Below the pieces are notes generated by a model. It searched no databases. It was not told the origin of the DNA and saw only the letters and a list, made by a program, of their open reading frames with translations. From positions 64,417-128,416 of the forward strand of contig JAKPTF010000097.1 in NCBI GenBank assembly GCA_029571225.1: a stretch of 64,000 nucleotides of DNA. The letters run 5' to 3'. Below, in pieces: positions 62,468-64,000 of the stretch (within the stretch, counting starts at the first letter, position 1; every line of letters begins with the position of its first letter). A program made the position numbers and the translations under genes. This DNA comes from Candidatus Omnitrophota bacterium. Its GTDB lineage: Bacteria; Omnitrophota; Gorgyraeia; Gygaellales; Profunditerraquicolaceae.

Positions 62468-64000
62468 ATGGAGACCAGAGACAGGTTATTGATGGCTGAA
62501 CTGTGCGTCACTACGGGGATGGTTGTCTGCGCGCTCTGGCTGTTCCCTTCCGGGGTCATCATGTTCCGGCCGGAGGCGACGTTTTTGCTTGGCCTTGGGC
62601 TGACGTTCAGCGTGTTCAGGATGAACCGCGCCAATGACTGGCAGCATTATGCCGCGCCTCTGGCGCTGGCAGTTATCTGCACATGGATTATATACGTCAT
62701 TTTCAGCGCGCCTCTGGCGTACCGTGACCTGGTTATCGTGGTGCTCAAGGGACTGATATTCATAGAGCTTGCTTTAAGCTTTATGCTTTGCTCAAGCGCC
62801 TTTATGGGATATGTGCAGGCATTAAGCGTCCCGCTTTTTATGGCGCATGCGCTATTGATAGACAAGTATCATCCCGGTTCTATGGTTCTGGTGGGCTCTT
62901 ACCTGGCGCTTTCCGGCCTTGCCATGCGTTTCAAGCTTTCCGATTTCGCCCGGCGCGGACATGGATATTCATTCACCCATGCAGTATCTCTTATCATACC
63001 CGTTATTATAGTTCTTGTGAGCATTTCACTTTCCCTTATCCTTATGACAGCGGTCACGTTGCCGAAGATGGAGCGCGCCGGAGCGTTTTTTGGAGAGGCA
63101 GATTCACAGAACTTGGAGAGGGACTACTTTGAGAAACAGGAACGCCTCCAGAAGCAGAGCATGGATCTTATTCTTGACCTGGAATCGAACGATCGAAGAA
63201 TTGAATCATTCGATGATCTTAACAACCTTGTAAAGGAATCGCCCCTGACGATAGACGCCGAACAGGGCGAAGAAGGGCTTATCTCCTTGCTTAGAACGTC
63301 CGGCGCAGGTATAAATCTTCCTGAATTAGAAAAACGCAAACATTTGACCAAATCATATTGCGATACAAAAGTCAAATTCGAGCAGAACCGTGCGCGTGCA
63401 AAGATTGCGCAGGTTCTTAAGGACGATCCCTTGAACATCCCTGCGCGCATGTCGGTTATGAACCATGTCAACCGGATACAGCAGGCCCGGTCGCTTGAGG
63501 ATATCCGCAGGCTTCCGTCGCCTCAAGAAAAGGCGCAGGCGCATTCCCTTGGCAGGCGTACGGAGGATGAAATAGCCCAACAGCTTGATAGCCTCCAGGA
63601 ATGGAAGCTGTACGAGATATACCGCAGGGACCTATCATATCTTTCTGGCGAAGCTGAAAAATCAGCCGGAGGTACGGGAGGAGCGCTTCAGGAGATCATT
63701 GCTGGTATCAGGGCTGCGGTAAATCTCGGAGACGTCGAAGAACTGCAGAACAGGATAGACGCGGCCATGGCCTCAGGCGCGTTCGCCGATGCCCACATCT
63801 ATGAGAAGCTGCAGGAGGCGCTCGATATCAAAGCCCATATGATACGGGCGGCCCAGGCGAAGCGCGCCCGGGAAGCGGTTTTGGGCAATCTCGACATCCC
63901 GGTGCAGGAACAGGATCAGATGATCAAGCGGATCGAAGAAGCGGCGAAGATCCCGAGATTTACGGGCGAGCAGGCCGCTCAAAGCGATATGAGAGCGCCG
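62468..64000 (+). CDS. membrane protein with a long coiled-coil C-terminal region (3' end outside the window); not in the supplied ORF track
   Basis: My hand translation from the ATG at 62468 (4 nt after the DUF58 stop) finds no stop up to nt 64000. Several hydrophobic helices in the first ~190 aa, then charged helical sequence. Confidence 0.5.
   Translation, partial: METRDRLLMAELCVTTGMVVCALWLFPSGVIMFRPEATFLLGLGLTFSVFRMNRANDWQHYAAPLALAVICTWIIYVIFSAPLAYRDLVIVVLKGLIFIELALSFMLCSSAFMGYVQALSVPLFMAHALLIDKYHPGSMVLVGSYLALSGLAMRFKLSDFARRGHGYSFTHAVSLIIPVIIVLVSISLSLILMTAVTLPKMERAGAFFGEADSQNLERDYFEKQERLQKQSMDLILDLESNDRRIESFDDLNNLVKESPLTIDAEQGEEGLISLLRTSGAGINLPELEKRKHLTKSYCDTKVKFEQNRARAKIAQVLKDDPLNIPARMSVMNHVNRIQQARSLEDIRRLPSPQEKAQAHSLGRRTEDEIAQQLDSLQEWKLYEIYRRDLSYLSGEAEKSAGGTGGALQEIIAGIRAAVNLGDVEELQNRIDAAMASGAFADAHIYEKLQEALDIKAHMIRAAQAKRAREAVLGNLDIPVQEQDQMIKRIEEAAKIPRFTGEQAAQSDMRAP

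Overview
This 64-kb window comes from a diderm, probably anaerobic bacterium. Hand counts on sample lines give roughly 50-58% GC. Supporting genes include an AsmA-like protein, outer-membrane barrels, a CsgG-like protein, rubrerythrin, indolepyruvate:ferredoxin oxidoreductase and a ferredoxin-nitroreductase. Taxonomy cannot be assigned from the sequence alone. There are about 60 protein genes, mostly ordinary chromosomal operons: an rmuC/addA-like/addB-like cluster; rubrerythrin; a trehalose cluster (a membrane sensor-HAMP-OtsA fusion interrupted by an in-frame TAG, otsB, a DUF5752-like gene, a TreT-like gene); pabB; envelope glycosylation genes; prmA; cyclophilins; a SpoIID-like gene; a sodium:solute symporter with a porin; iorAB plus two paaK-ACT pairs; malQ; trpB2; and a moxR-DUF58 operon. 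The standout is a ~7-kb AT-rich island (14.5-21.5 kb) integrated beside tRNA-Asn(GTT) and bounded by a 175-bp direct repeat. It carries (i) a large serine recombinase whose ORF reads through attL, (ii) a tightly coupled HTH / Zn-ribbon / 359-aa membrane-protein cassette of unknown function, and (iii) a DpnII-type (GATC) R-M operon extended by a polytopic membrane protein and an NT5C-like deoxyribonucleotidase. The R-M operon is itself bracketed by an inverted third copy of the att-like module. Cassettes (ii) and the two extra genes of (iii) are my best candidates for an undescribed defence system. Other observations are a 125-127-bp MITE-like element present twice, a pseudopilin fused to an HEXXH domain, a MarC remnant frameshifted in a T7 run, and a lower-GC mgtA segment abutting the island. 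I saw no CRISPR array, rRNA or phage structural genes.
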